A stretch of 64,000 nt of DNA from Syntrophus aciditrophicus (GCA_020722315.1 DYLD01000001.1:13296-77295), one strand, 5' to 3'. Shown: positions 1 through 8,191, counted from the first letter of the stretch. The notes: generated from the letters alone by a model not told the origin. Program-made: numbers and translations.

Positions 1-649
1 TTTTGGCCCCGCTTGGGTCCTCGGGACGGGCGGCGCAAAACGACGCGAAATCGGGAAAGGTCTTTTTCGTCGCCTTATCGTAGATGCCGACATCGGGCAG
101 TTGCACCGGCTCGCCGCAGGGGATATCGAGACCATATTCCCGGTTTAGCGTGTAGATGATCATGTTGCGGATATTTTCCCGGGTGGCCGTCCGGAAATAG
201 GACTGCATTTTCGGATCGAAGACAATCCCCATCTTTTTGAGGTCGTCGTTGTAGGCGGCGCCGACATCATACACCTTGCCGCCGTGCCGGACGACCTCGG
301 CTATCTCAGGTTTTACCGCCTTGAGCAGTTGCCCGCCCATGACAAAGATGATCACCAGCCGTGACTGGCGCAGGTGGGTCAAATCCCTCTTCTCGATGTT
401 CTTGTCCGGATAGACGCGGATATCGAACGATTTTTCACCGTTTTTTCCCGATGTTTTCCCATCGGAAACAAAGAGCCCAGTCTTTTTCAATTCCTCCGAA
501 ACCGCCCGGACGGCCTCGATAGCCGTACGGGAATTCGTGTCGCCCAAAAGGAGGCTGACCTTGACGGTCTCGGCATAACCTGCCGCAGCCGCGAAAAGCG
601 CCGCCATGAGCAGGGAGACAATAAGAGACAATTTTACGATTTTATTCAT
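1..649 (-). CDS. CobN/Mg-chelatase-family large-subunit-like protein; only the N-terminal part is visible because the gene runs off the window start. Carries a signal peptide
   Basis: Not in the ORF track because it leaves the window. Hand translation of the minus strand from the ATG at 647-649 gives MNKIVKLSLIVSLLMAALFAAAAGYAETVKVSLLLGDTNSRTAIEAV...LVIIFVMGGQLLKAV...YFRTATRENIRNMIIYTLNREYGLDIPCGEPVQLPDVGIYD. The frame stays open to position 1. The N-terminus is Sec-like, and the layout resembles the CobN N-terminal region as I remember it. Confidence 0.5.
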   Translation of the reverse strand, partial: MNKIVKLSLIVSLLMAALFAAAAGYAETVKVSLLLGDTNSRTAIEAVRAVSEELKKTGLFVSDGKTSGKNGEKSFDIRVYPDKNIEKRDLTHLRQSRLVIIFVMGGQLLKAVKPEIAEVVRHGGKVYDVGAAYNDDLKKMGIVFDPKMQSYFRTATRENIRNMIIYTLNREYGLDIPCGEPVQLPDVGIYDKATKKTFPDFASFCAARPEDPSGAK

Positions 650-722
650 GGATATGGAGTACCTTTCGGATGGGCGCAACAACGCACCGTTCATACAATG
701 CATGCAAATGTTGCCCGAATCT

Positions 723-1061
723 CTATTCGGGAACATAGACAACCCTTCCATCTTTGAGCTGATAAGCCGTGCCGAGCCTCGTTCCCTCGCCGCTGAGGCG
801 CTTGTCCGTTACCTTTGTCACCTTGATCTCCCTGCCTTTTTTGACGACCATCTCGATCTTGCCGTCGGCTGTCTTTTTGACGATCGTCATCTCCGATTTT
901 GGGTCGAGTAAATCCAGCATGTTGTAGGCCATGAAGAGGGCGATCATCATGCTGACGATGAAGACGACGCTTGCGTCGAAGAGGTTGGCGACGCCGGAGA
1001 TCGGGTCTTCGAGGGGTTCGTCGTAGCGGTCGAAACGCCTGCGTCTCTTAAGAAATCTCAT
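723..1061 (-). CDS. Small single-TM protein of DUF2149 type with ExbD/TolR-like topology
   Basis: 112 aa. It has a basic N-terminus (RFLKRRRRFDR), one TM segment (GVANLFDASVVFIVSMMIALFMAY) containing an Asp, and a beta-rich C-terminal domain. It overlaps the upstream MotA-like gene by 14 nt. Confidence 0.55.
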   Translation of the reverse strand: MRFLKRRRRFDRYDEPLEDPISGVANLFDASVVFIVSMMIALFMAYNMLDLLDPKSEMTIVKKTADGKIEMVVKKGREIKVTKVTDKRLSGEGTRLGTAYQLKDGRVVYVPE

Positions 1062-1641
1062 CGTCCCCGGCCTCCTCGTTCTTCACGCCGCCGCGATGCC
1101 GCCCCTGGGAGCGCAGGGCGAGTTCGGTGTGGTACTCCATCTCGCGGATATCCGCGCGCACCCACTTTTCCTTGACGAGCGCCATCAGGTAGGCGGCGAC
1201 GCTGACGGCAAGTCCCACGACGGTCGTTGTGAAGGCCGTGACCATGCTCGACGCCATTCGGGGCATGTCGCCTTTCGCCAGGGCGGATAGAGCAATGCCC
1301 ATCGGGATCAGCGTTCCCATGAGTCCCAGGGCCGGGCCGGTGCGGATGACGAAGCGGATCCGGTCGAGGGATTTGATCGCGTCCAGTTCCGCTACCTGCA
1401 GCAGCCTTTCGAACGTGATGTCGATGTTGTTGTCCGGCGAGGCAAGCTCATGTTTCAGCGTGTCTTTGTAGGCGGCAAGAACCGACGATTCGCCCCGCCT
1501 GCGTTCCACCCATTCCTGGAGAAATCCGCCCAGAAGAATCAGTATCCAGAAGGTAAGCAGCACCAGCCCTGCCACGACGGGGAAAAACAGCGCCGACGAT
1601 AGAACGTAGAGAAATGTTTCGAGTCCGGGAAGGATATTCAT
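1048..1641 (-). CDS. MotA/TolQ/ExbB-family proton-channel protein (divergent)
   Basis: 197 aa with three TM segments. The motif GPALGLMGTLIPMG...TTTVVGLAVSVAAY resembles the ExbB/TolQ signature. It shares a 4-nt ATGA overlap with the upstream gene. Confidence 0.7.
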   Translation of the reverse strand: MNILPGLETFLYVLSSALFFPVVAGLVLLTFWILILLGGFLQEWVERRRGESSVLAAYKDTLKHELASPDNNIDITFERLLQVAELDAIKSLDRIRFVIRTGPALGLMGTLIPMGIALSALAKGDMPRMASSMVTAFTTTVVGLAVSVAAYLMALVKEKWVRADIREMEYHTELALRSQGRHRGGVKNEEAGDDEIS

Positions 1642-2387
1642 TGCTTATGTCCCTTCAGCCTGATGATGTAGCCCATCGCCAGCGCCGCGAACAAGATCAG
1701 CAGCACCCCTGCCATGTTGGAAGCATCGGCGCTTCCGCCTGTGCCCGTGAAGGAGGCGTACATCGCCCGGCCCTCCTCGATCTTTGCCGGCAGAAACAGC
1801 GAACCGATGAAATAGAGGCCGATTACGACCATCGCCAGCCCCAGCGAGGCGTCGGGATGCGTCGATTTGCCGAATCGGGCGAGCAGCAGAAAAAAAAGCG
1901 ACAGGACGGCGAAAGCCGCCCCCAGCCCGAGCCCGACCAGCGCCGGCGGCATCGCCAGCGCCCCCAGCGCCGTCCACGTCGAAAAGGACATCGCCGACAG
2001 GCAGACGGGGCAGGGGATGATCAGCAGAAGCGATGACTTGAAGGCGCCATCACCGATGGATGCCGGGGTTCCCGGCGCCGCATGATGCCCCCCCCGGAGC
2101 ATGTAAACGCCCCAGACGATCATCCCCGCCGCCATCAGCAGGTGGATATAGGGCCCCTTCTTCAGGATGGGCATGGCCATCTCCATCAGCCTGCCCGCGA
2201 GAAGCGCAATCGCCACGAACAAGAGGACGTACCCCGTAAGCGTCAGAACGATCCCCTTCGTCCCGAACCGCCCGTACCCGAGCCCGAAGCCGACCTTGAC
2301 GGCGAAAATCCCCAGGCTGAAGAGCGTGCCCAGGACCCATAGGATGATGTTCAAATCCACTATCTCTACCCTCCGTGATGTATTCAT
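1638..2387 (-). CDS. Polytopic membrane protein (DUF2162-like predicted transporter) with an intramembrane CPVC motif
   Basis: 249 aa, about 7-8 hydrophobic segments. It has IIPCPVCL in a TM helix and a GGHH loop. Confidence 0.5.
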   Translation of the reverse strand: MNTSRRVEIVDLNIILWVLGTLFSLGIFAVKVGFGLGYGRFGTKGIVLTLTGYVLLFVAIALLAGRLMEMAMPILKKGPYIHLLMAAGMIVWGVYMLRGGHHAAPGTPASIGDGAFKSSLLLIIPCPVCLSAMSFSTWTALGALAMPPALVGLGLGAAFAVLSLFFLLLARFGKSTHPDASLGLAMVVIGLYFIGSLFLPAKIEEGRAMYASFTGTGGSADASNMAGVLLILFAALAMGYIIRLKGHKQ

Positions 2388-2589
2388 GCGCCAGACGCGC
2401 TGTTAGATGTTCCGGTCGTTGCGGATAATTTATGAACATGAAGCTGCGCTTTCAAACCCGAAAGCCCGTTGCAGACCGTTTTCTTCCGGGACAATCGGGG
2501 TCGGATCCTGTCCCGTTCCAGGCGACCCGACCCCGCATATCCCGGTGATTCCCCTTTTTTCTATCGTTCGGTAACGCAGCGTCAGCCGT

Positions 2590-4809
2590 TCAGTAACGCA
2601 GCGTCAACTCCAGAAACCACGAGCGACCCGGCGCCAAAGAGTAAGAGAAATACTCCCGGTCGAGGATATTCGCAACCGAAAACGACGCGGATGCCCACGA
2701 AGTGACCTGGTATGATACCTTCGCGTCCATCGTGAAAAACTGGTCGTACGCGCCGTACACCCCGCTTGCGGTGTCGGTATTGTCGTCAGTGTTGTAGCGT
2801 TTGTCCATGTACCGTCCCGTGAGCGACGCGGAAAGCGGGCCTTTTCGCAGCTCCCCTCCCGCATTGAACATGGTGCGCGGCAGGTCGGTCATCTCCTTGC
2901 CGACGGAGGCGGGGGCGGCGCTGTTTTCGAGGATTTCGGAGTCGGTCCAGGTGAAATTGGCGAAGAGCCTCAGCCATTTGTCGAAGCTCTGCTCCGCCTC
3001 CAGCTCGACGCCGCGGCTTTTCCCCCGTCCCGCGTTGATCTTCTCCTTTGTCGTCGCGGTGAGCGTTCGCGTGTAGATCATGTCCGAAATCTCGTTTTCA
3101 AAATAGCCGGCCGCGATCCGCGCCCCTTTCCAGAGTTTCCGGTCAACGCCGACCCCCCACGAGACGGCCGTCTCCGGGGTCAAGTCGGGGTTGCTGAGGT
3201 ATGTTGTTCCCCCGGAGGTGGTCCAGGTGCGGTAAAGATCGTGGAGATTCGGCGAACGGAAAGAGCGTCCCAGCGAGGCGCGCAGCGTGGTCTTCGCGAA
3301 CGGGGCGTAAACGAGGGCCGCCTTCGGGCTGAACGAGGACTGCTTGCGGCTGTCGTAGGTTTTTGGATAGCCGACCGTTCCCGCCTGGTTCACGTAGCCG
3401 TCGAACGTCTCCCACCAGTCCTGCCTTGCGCCTATCCAGGCGGTAAGCTTGTCGAAAATCTGTATCTCGTCCTGAAAAAACAGGGCGTAGTTCCGGTCTT
3501 TCCCCTTTGCCTGATAGGTCAGGTTTGTCGCCGATCCCTCGTCCGTCCAGTTGGTCAGACTGGTTTCCTGCGAGTCGGACCATCCGGTCTTGTATGACCC
3601 GCCGATGGTCGCAAGCTGGCTTTTGAAAAGGGGAAAGGTTGCCTGCATATCGGCGCTCCAACTCGCCGTTGGGGTGTCCGACAGCTTGCCTGGGCCGCCG
3701 GTTCGGGTTGCCGTCGCGCTTGTGGGGGTGACATACCAGCGCTTTTGCTGATCGACGTAGCCCAGCGTGATCTTGACCGCAGCCTGCTGAAACCATTCGG
3801 TTTCCAGTCCAAGACGGTACAGATTGCGGGCGGCCCCTCCGGCCCCTTTCAGGAAGGATCCTTCTTTGACCGTTGAGTACGTCCAGACCTCGGCTCCCGC
3901 GGCGTTCCGGAGATACGTCTCGGGAGCGCCGTTTTCGTAATCGTGCGTCGCCCTCTGAAACTGGAGATCGGCTTTTGTGGCATCGGAAAAATCGTACCGC
4001 GCCTTGAAGGCGATGTTGTCATTTTTCCACGCGTCGTTGCCTCTGTTGCCGATCAGGTAGCGTTTCGCCCCGGTGGTGGATGTCGTCTCGGACCAGCCGG
4101 TCAGCCCCGCCGTGGGCTTTTTCGTCTGGATGTTCAGGTTGGATATGTTGCCGTTTGTGCTTTTTTCATCATAACTGATGAAAAGACGGAGCTTTTCTCC
4201 GATTTTGTCGCCGCCCGCCGCATACAGGGAAACGAGGTCGTTCTGCGCGTCGCCGCGACTCCAGGCCGTTCCATAGCCGGTTTTGATGATCGCTTCCCGT
4301 TTGTCGGGCATCCTTGTTATGATGTTCACCACCCCGCCCATCGCATTTCCGCCGTACAGGCTGGAAAACGGACCCTTGACGACCTCGATTTTCGCCACGT
4401 CCTCGACGGCGATGCCGCTGGAATCGAACGAACCGGAATAGGGGCTGTTCAGGGATATCCCGTCGAGCAGGATCAGCGTCCGGCCCTGGCCGGGAACCCC
4501 GCCGACCGTCAGATACGACATCGTGTCGCGCAGACGCGCCCGGCCTGCGATAACACCGGGGAGCAGATTCAATGTCTGGTCAACACTGAATATCTGTCGG
4601 TTGGCGATCTCCTTTTGCGTGACGACGCCGACGCTGCCCGGCACCGTCTCCAGGGTTTTTTCGGTTCTCGTCGCGGTGACGATGATTTCATCCATGCGGG
4701 CGGGCGCCTCTTGCGCCCTTAACGGTGAGGCAAGAGACAGCAGCAGAACGAGAAGATTAAAACCGGACCGCAACGGCAATTGATTGAAGATATGGTTGTT
4801 TTTATTCAT
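2590..4809 (-). CDS. TonB-dependent outer-membrane receptor
   Basis: The track ORF is 2590-4944. I trimmed the start to the ATG at 4807-4809 (MNKNNHIF..., RBS TAAGGAG), which is followed by a signal peptide. It has the plug motif DEIIVTATRTEKTLETVPGSVGVV and a C-terminal ...LELTLRY aromatic end. Confidence 0.85.
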   Translation of the reverse strand: MNKNNHIFNQLPLRSGFNLLVLLLSLASPLRAQEAPARMDEIIVTATRTEKTLETVPGSVGVVTQKEIANRQIFSVDQTLNLLPGVIAGRARLRDTMSYLTVGGVPGQGRTLILLDGISLNSPYSGSFDSSGIAVEDVAKIEVVKGPFSSLYGGNAMGGVVNIITRMPDKREAIIKTGYGTAWSRGDAQNDLVSLYAAGGDKIGEKLRLFISYDEKSTNGNISNLNIQTKKPTAGLTGWSETTSTTGAKRYLIGNRGNDAWKNDNIAFKARYDFSDATKADLQFQRATHDYENGAPETYLRNAAGAEVWTYSTVKEGSFLKGAGGAARNLYRLGLETEWFQQAAVKITLGYVDQQKRWYVTPTSATATRTGGPGKLSDTPTASWSADMQATFPLFKSQLATIGGSYKTGWSDSQETSLTNWTDEGSATNLTYQAKGKDRNYALFFQDEIQIFDKLTAWIGARQDWWETFDGYVNQAGTVGYPKTYDSRKQSSFSPKAALVYAPFAKTTLRASLGRSFRSPNLHDLYRTWTTSGGTTYLSNPDLTPETAVSWGVGVDRKLWKGARIAAGYFENEISDMIYTRTLTATTKEKINAGRGKSRGVELEAEQSFDKWLRLFANFTWTDSEILENSAAPASVGKEMTDLPRTMFNAGGELRKGPLSASLTGRYMDKRYNTDDNTDTASGVYGAYDQFFTMDAKVSYQVTSWASASFSVANILDREYFSYSLAPGRSWFLELTLRY

Positions 4810-4956
4810 GTTGCTCCTTATTTGGGATTTTTGCGCACCGTCCGCGCTGCTTTCGGAAGTCGATCCTGGATAAACCGTGAAGCTCTTCCCCTGTGGCAAT
4901 GTTGTTTTGGATCGTCTTGCATGCCCGTTTCCCCCGCCGCTCACCGGCGCAGGCCT

Positions 4957-5946
4957 CTACATCGCGATATGGCTGTCGCGGGCGACGTCCCGTATATGCT
5001 GAATCAGGATGCTGGAAATTTCATGGTTCACGCCCAATCCCTCAAGCACGGGAATGACCTCGATTCCCCGTGCCTGGAAAACCGATTTCCATGAATCTTT
5101 CTCGTCCCCGGCCATATCGTTTGTGGCGTGGTCGCCTGCAACAATCATGAAAGGCTTCAACAGAACTTTTTTGATTCCGTATCTCTCCAGTTCAGCGACG
5201 ACGCCGTCAAGATCAGGAAATCCTTCCACGGTGCCCACGCAGATCGGCGTTGATGGATAGAGCCTTCGCATTGTCTCCTGAAATTCCGCATAGACGCCTG
5301 TGGAGAGATGTTCGTTTCCGTGTCCCATATAGACCAGGGCGGCGCTGTTCTTCGCGGCAAGTTCCACATCGGACCGCACCGCCTTTGCCGCCGTTTCCAG
5401 ATCCTTGCGGTACGGATATTTTTTCCCTTTTTCACCCAGCAGGGGCCTGCCGAGCGCCACTTTTCGGAAGGGCCTGAACGCTGGTTTGATCGTTTCGATG
5501 GAATCCAGCGCGTGGACGAGAGCCTTGAGATCAAGGTACTCCTCTCCCTCCATAACATGGTTCGATTGCACGATGATTGTGTTGTATCCGTCATCCTGCA
5601 GGTCTGCAAGCGTGGCCAGGGGGGCCTTGACCTCCAGTATTTCCCTGGAGATGCCCTTGTTTTCGGCAAGAAACCGCTTATCGTTTTGCCGTTCATGCCA
5701 TATTTTTCTGATAATGTTGGATGTGAACGCCAGTTTTACCTTCACGCCGGGAAAGGCGGACTGGACATTCTTTTGAATATCGAGCAGCGATCGCAGAGCA
5801 GAAGGGTAGCTGGTCCCGAACTGGGCAAGAACGATCGCCCTGCCGTCGTTTTTCTGATCCATTGCAAAAACGTCGCCTGTAAAGAAGAACCATGCGGACA
5901 TCGCGGATAACACAATGATCCATGCCTTTTTCAGAAATTCTTTCAT
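4957..5946 (-). CDS. cbiK: Sirohydrochlorin cobaltochelatase CbiK paralogue with signal peptide (exported, CbiK(P)-like)
   Basis: It is collinear with, and clearly similar by eye to, the second CbiK at 11699-12607 (IVLAQFGTSYP..., FTSNIIRKIW, VQSNHVMEGEEY, GHGNEH). The start MKEFLKKAWIIVLSAMSAWFFFTGDVFA follows the RBS GGGAGG. An alternative upstream ATG at 6021 also has an AGGAGG RBS. Confidence 0.8.
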   Translation of the reverse strand: MKEFLKKAWIIVLSAMSAWFFFTGDVFAMDQKNDGRAIVLAQFGTSYPSALRSLLDIQKNVQSAFPGVKVKLAFTSNIIRKIWHERQNDKRFLAENKGISREILEVKAPLATLADLQDDGYNTIIVQSNHVMEGEEYLDLKALVHALDSIETIKPAFRPFRKVALGRPLLGEKGKKYPYRKDLETAAKAVRSDVELAAKNSAALVYMGHGNEHLSTGVYAEFQETMRRLYPSTPICVGTVEGFPDLDGVVAELERYGIKKVLLKPFMIVAGDHATNDMAGDEKDSWKSVFQARGIEVIPVLEGLGVNHEISSILIQHIRDVARDSHIAM

Positions 5947-6044
5947 TTTTTCCTCCCTCGAGATTTTTTGTTTGACCAGGGGGGAGCAGTTCCTTTTGTC
6001 AACAGCGAATTCCGCTTCCATGGAACCTTTTCCTCCTGGATTGT

Positions 6045-6210
6045 CTCAACCTGGACAGGCTTTCCGGCTTCGGGCTTATGCCTACTTGCCCGCCTTCCCG
6101 CCATCTTTTATCGACGGCAGTGGCTTATATTCGGGCGTTCGTTCCCTTCACGGCTGCGGGGCAGCGGGAGCTTTTCACTCCTCTTTCCTGACTTCCGGTT
6201 GATGACAGAT
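6045..6210 (-). promoter_or_regulatory. Cobalamin riboswitch (proximal copy of a tandem pair)
   Basis: The minus strand reads ...GGAGTGAAAAGCTCCCGCTGCCCCGCAGCCGTGAAGGGAACG...GCCACTGCC...GGCGGGAAGGCGG...GAAGCCGGAAAGCCTGTCC (B12 box). It is followed by AGGAGG and the cbiK(P) start region. Confidence 0.85.
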
Positions 6211-6363
6211 TCATTGTTTCCGAGACTGTGAACATTAAGCTTTGCTTTATTGCCTTCTTTGCGGACGCGATTTCAGCATGCTCCGTCAGATAGGACTTTC
6301 TTCACATCGCCTCCTTTGTTTATGTGCGAATAGCGAATGCAACAACGCCTGCCGTTGAGCGTC

Positions 6364-6400
6364 AAAAAAAATCCTCGAACCCAATGTATCAGGTCCGAGG
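6364..6400 (-). terminator. Intrinsic terminator, the likely expression platform of the distal riboswitch
   Basis: The minus strand reads CCUCGGACC-UGAUACAUU-GGUUCGAGG followed by AUUUUUUUU. Confidence 0.7.
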
Positions 6401-6469
6401 ATGCCGTTTTTCACCCGTAACAAGTTTATCGATCGGCTTCCGTCCACGAAGCCCAATCCCATATAACAT

Positions 6470-6650
6470 ATCAAGAAGGTCTTCCGGCTTCCGGATCAGC
6501 TTACTTACCGCGCCTTCCCATTCCTTCCAAACGGAACAGTGACGTCACTGCGGCTTTCATCCCCGGTTACGGCGGCGGGCCCGCGACGGATTCGCACCGT
6601 CTTCCCTTTTACGGCCATAAGGCCTCTCGATTGTTGTGGATCATTACCAC
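6470..6650 (-). promoter_or_regulatory. Cobalamin riboswitch (distal copy of a tandem pair)
   Basis: The minus strand reads GTAAAAGGGAAGACGGTGCGAATCCGTCGCGGGCCCGCCGCCGTAACCGGGGA...GTCACTG...ATGGGAAGGCGCGG...GGAAGCCGGAAGACC. It starts about 16 nt after the cbiH stop. Confidence 0.85.
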
Positions 6651-6665
6651 CCTTGATTTCCACTG

Positions 6666-7448
6666 TCAAGATTTTTTTATTGCGTAGCCTCTGGGGGTGA
6701 TGAGCCATTTCCCCGAAATCCGGGAGGTGCTGTTGCCGACGATCACGACGCTTCGCATTGTGATCGGCAGGTCGCAAAAACTCTCGAGATCGGAGATGAC
6801 GATATCCTCTTCCGGTGTTCCGACCGCCGTTCCGACACCGACGGGAGTGGTTCCGGGCCGGTGAGTCCGGAATATCTCCGCGGCCTCTTCGAGCTGGCGG
6901 GTGCGCTTCTGCGAGCGAGGGTTGTAGATCGCAACGACCAGATCCGCCGCCGCAACGGCCTCGAGACGGGCCCGGATCGTCGGCCACGGCGTCATCAGGT
7001 CGCTCAGACTGAGCGTCGCGAAATCGCACATAAGAGGAGCCCCGAGGCCGGCCGCGAGTGCGTTGGCGGCGGAAACACCAGGCACAATCTCCACCGGCAC
7101 GTTCGAACCGTTTGCCTCCGCAAGCTCCAGAACCAAACCGGCCATCCCATAAATCCCCGGATCACCGGAGGAAACCAGGGCCACCGTTTCTCCGGCCGCG
7201 GCCTGCGCCAGCGCAGTCCGGCATCTTTCAATCTCCCTGGTCATCCCCGTGGAGATCAGTTCCTTTCCGCCGGTGATGTCCCGGATCAACTCAAGGTAGC
7301 GCGTGTATCCGACGACAACCGTGCTTTGCGCGATTGCTTCCTCCGCGCGGCGCGTCCTGTCTAACGCCCCTCCGGGGCCGATTCCGACCACGAAAATTTT
7401 TCCCTGGCCAGGGAAACCGTTATTCCGCCTACGATCTTCTTTCGACAA
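6666..7448 (-). CDS. cbiH: Cobalt-factor III / precorrin-3B C17-methyltransferase
   Basis: Contains KIFVVGIGPGGALDRTRRAEEAI..VVVGYTRYLELI...SSGDPGIYGMAG. The annotated start is a TTG that overlaps cbiG by 88 nt, so the start is uncertain. Confidence 0.8.
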   Translation of the reverse strand: MSKEDRRRNNGFPGQGKIFVVGIGPGGALDRTRRAEEAIAQSTVVVGYTRYLELIRDITGGKELISTGMTREIERCRTALAQAAAGETVALVSSGDPGIYGMAGLVLELAEANGSNVPVEIVPGVSAANALAAGLGAPLMCDFATLSLSDLMTPWPTIRARLEAVAAADLVVAIYNPRSQKRTRQLEEAAEIFRTHRPGTTPVGVGTAVGTPEEDIVISDLESFCDLPITMRSVVIVGNSTSRISGKWLITPRGYAIKKS

Positions 7449-8191
7449 ATAAAAGTCGTCCTCCTTCCCGCAATTAGTGCCGCCGGTTCGGCGACGGCCG
7501 GAAGATTCACCTTCCGGGAAACAAAGTCGGAACGGGAGAAATCCCGTTTTGACTCTGTAATCTCCGTTGAAGAGATAAAACGCAACGGCAGGCCGAGCAT
7601 CCCCGCGGCCTCCATCAAACCCTGTTCGTTAGCCTTTACGTCCGCCGACGCCATGAGGCGGACTTCCTCAACGGCGATTCCCTCCGCTGTAAGAACCTCG
7701 TTGACGGCGGCGACGATCTGTTCCGCCGGTGTAGAGCGCCGGCATCCTATCCCGACGATCACCGACTTCATCGCCTCGGTTGTTGTCGTTATGACCGGCT
7801 CCGCGCCGGTAAGGTTCGCGATCCGGAACGCCAGATCATTCGCCCCTCCCTCGTGACCGGAAAGCAGGCTTATCACCCAGCGGCCTCCGACATCGAGCAC
7901 GACGACGGCGGGATCGTCATACTTATTTCTTATAAGCGGGGAAACAGCCCGGACAACGACGCCGCAGGGCGCGGCATACACGAGATTGTCGTACAACCCG
8001 AACAGGCTCCGCGTAAGCTCCGTGATCTTCGCAAAGCGCTCCGCCTTCGCCGTTTTCCGGGATGGACCACTCCGAAGGGTTCCCGCGCCGATGGATTCGT
8101 GGACGAAGAGTTTCGCCTCTGGAATCCGGGCGGCAACGGCAACAAAAAGCCTTGCGCCGGCGTCGGAAAGGGTGATCAGCGCCGTCCTCAC
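7361..8191 (-). CDS. cbiG: Cobalt-precorrin-5A hydrolase
   Basis: 276 aa. The CbiG-like middle and C-terminal regions (VIVGIGCRRSTPAEQIVAAVNEVL...) and its position between cbiF and cbiH support the call. Confidence 0.75.
   Translation of the reverse strand: MRTALITLSDAGARLFVAVAARIPEAKLFVHESIGAGTLRSGPSRKTAKAERFAKITELTRSLFGLYDNLVYAAPCGVVVRAVSPLIRNKYDDPAVVVLDVGGRWVISLLSGHEGGANDLAFRIANLTGAEPVITTTTEAMKSVIVGIGCRRSTPAEQIVAAVNEVLTAEGIAVEEVRLMASADVKANEQGLMEAAGMLGLPLRFISSTEITESKRDFSRSDFVSRKVNLPAVAEPAALIAGRRTTFICRKKIVGGITVSLAREKFSWSESAPEGR

Noticed and set aside
374-911. Plus-strand ORFs 374-757 and 606-911
   Set aside because: They overlap the minus-strand CobN-like N-terminus and the DUF2149-like gene, both of which give coherent proteins. 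The plus-strand products have no recognisable features.
2570-2612. Tandem duplication of the receptor gene's last ~20 nt (TGACGCTGCGTTAC appears twice)
   Set aside because: It is a real but trivial micro-duplication at the stop codon. I could propose no functional consequence.
3943-4722. 259-aa plus-strand ORF, plus several 60-220-aa ORFs across 2600-4950
   Set aside because: All overlap the TonB-dependent receptor coding frame on other frames or strands.
6286-6474. 62-aa minus-strand ORF between the two riboswitches
   Set aside because: It contains the intrinsic terminator hairpin and U-tract and has no RBS. It is most likely non-coding expression-platform sequence.
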